64,000 nucleotides of DNA from Rhizodiscina lignyota (Eukaryota): the NCBI GenBank assembly GCA_010015805.1, contig ML978134.1:682001-746000 (forward strand). The letters are read 5' to 3'. Every line of letters begins with the position of its first letter. Position 1 is the first letter of the stretch. Positions 62,037-64,000 of this stretch are shown piece after piece. The position numbers and the translations under genes were made by a program. The notes below the pieces were generated by a model, which did no database searches, was not told where the DNA came from, and saw only the letters and a list, made by a program, of their open reading frames with translations.

Positions 62037-64000
62037 CAGATGACTCATGGCTTGGTTTGCTTTTCACTGGCATTTGATTTTCACACGGCGTTTCATCAGG
62101 ATGGGATGGCTATCTTGCTTTCTCCACACGCGTTTCTTCTTTGGCTCTTCTCTTTAGTCGCTGCTTTTGCGCTATATACCCCAGCCTTTTTAATTGCATT
62201 TTCGTGCGGGTGTCTGTCAAAAGTCCTTTTACGCTTGTACAACTAGTCGCATCGTCTGGGATCTCACGGCATTGCATCTTTCTCATGGGCCTTTCTCTCA
62301 TACATCACGGCGGGCTGGTGTCATCCGGAATGCCGTCAGCGCTCTCTTCGTCATGCTTGAGTCATCGGGTCGATGATATTTGGGACTTGCATTGCTAGGG
62401 CACTCAAAAGTTGGAAATACCCCCTTTCAAAGACTGTTTGGCTTCTGTTCTTCAGACTGGACATCATAGCGACGGATGGGATAGGGGTACACTGTGTATT
62501 TTGGTCATGTTGTCTTGCTAGCAAATATAATACATCCTCATTGGCCTTCAAACTCGACGTGTGCCAACTTGACTGACTCGACTTATGCTTTTGTGACGTG
62601 TGCGGCCCTCCTCCTATCTCGCTATCAAATTACCCCTCTTTTCTTCGGCTGCCATGTTTCCCAGGTGCGCGATATGCCCCACGCGAGAACGGACGTTACT
62701 CCTCCTCCTGCGTGCCGTTTCGAAACGTCCCCGTCCCCTCCCGCTCTGCCTTTTTGCCTGTTCTTAAACCTGGGAGCCCACCCGTTCACACGGCATCACG
62801 ATTCGTGAAACCGTCCACCTTCGCTTCTGCTTTCGTCCTCCACCATTGTCATTGCCCGGCCGCACACCTCCGCGACCTTCTATCCGCTTGGAACCATCCC
62901 TCTGCATTTTTAGCACGCTTTCAGCCTCGGCGCGTGGACATGTGCGTGGGCATGTCCATTCACATACGTGTTCTTCGCACCGTATCTGCACTCCCTCGTA
63001 CGCGTCGCCCAATTCGCCATCCGCCCTCGATGACTGGGTTACCAAAACCACATACGTCCAATGCGGCAAGACACTCGACAAGGTGTCACCCATTCCACCA
63101 TCCAGCTCGCTCGGAAGGATGCGGCAGCCCCTGTATCCGGGCCTCAGATGCATCTTACTATAGGGCGGCGCAGTGGGTTATTACTAACGCTCCTTGAGGA
63201 TTACGCCGGCGCTGCGAACGTCAATTGGCCATAACTCGCCTAGAATGCAATCGAAGGTTCGGGAACCCCAGCACGATGCTTACGCGTGGTGAAAGTCCGC
63301 CTATAGCGATTGCACGAAGAAGTAAGGTGTGGCTCCCGGCGGCTGACGAACATTGCAGATGGTGGACAGGGTAAGATGCTTATTCGCGATTCCAACTGGC
63401 TCAGCCTTACGGCTACCTGCAGTGGAACTGTTGCTATTTCTTCCTGTGAGGCTCGCGAGCGGTAGTGGAAATAGGTAAGGCGTCACTGCAGTAATACTGT
63501 CTTGATATGGACATCTTGGGCGCTGGGGGCTGTTGCCGTTGTTGCCGCGAACAGCACACTCCCCCATTCGGTCTGTATGCGACATCTCCCATTATCGCAA
63601 CTGTTTAAATGCTCCGGATGGCTGTGGATATGCAGATGTCATAGATGCTGCATGGTCGAGCTACCCGATGCCTGTGCTCCGCGTTGGATGTACAGTATCG
63701 ATTTTTGCTCTTTCTGTTATTTCCCCATTGTGACGATCGGTCGGATGGTCTTACATGTGAACCGCGAGATACTTTACGGATTGGAATTGTACTACACACC
63801 GTTCTCGATAAAGTAACTATTTTCAGGTGGCGCTGTGTTCCCCGGCATTGTGCTCCCCCACGTTGGAATTGAGCCTCGAGATTTCCATGTCATTTTGCTC
63901 GAACGGCAGTGGAAGCGTACAGGGCGGCTCATCCGTCTCCACCATATTCAAAGCTGAGATGATTTTTCTTTTGTGATAGGCTTTTTAACCGCGAAATGAT

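Noticed and set aside
1..64000. tRNA genes, CRISPR arrays, Starship captain recombinase, TPP riboswitch
   Set aside because: GTTCGA hits lack cloverleaf context, there are no regularly spaced repeats, and no intact tyrosine recombinase ORF or riboswitch core was recognised by eye.

Overview
Filamentous ascomycete (Pezizomycotina-type) nuclear DNA, with short GT-AG introns and CTAAC/CTGAC branch sites. About 20 protein-coding genes can be supported: a MATA-type HMG-box factor, a conserved hypothetical, an SDR, a MAPEG protein, a HET-domain gene, a stand-alone adenylation domain, a DC-UbP/UBTD-like protein, a PH-domain protein, two divergent paralogous small secreted Cys-rich proteins (one with a nonsense codon), an SLC26/STAS/cNMP (Vsb1-like) transporter, PSF1, epoxide hydrolase, aspartic protease, allantoate-type MFS permease, Zn-ADH, GlcG/HbpS protein, a Zap1/ZafA-like C2H2 factor, FAD oxidase, carboxylesterase and a conserved hypothetical. 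The most unusual non-genic signal is five copies, within 12.3 kb, of a 209-245 bp non-autonomous TIR element. It has CA...TG ends, 5-bp GC-rich target duplications, an internal palindrome, and a core homologous to a neighbouring decayed ORF. A separate TA-flanked MITE lies between the two secreted-protein paralogs. Many repeat differences are RIP-like (CpA->TpA). No rRNA, tRNA or CRISPR was recognised. Gene models were assembled by eye, and family calls come from motif recognition rather than database searches.
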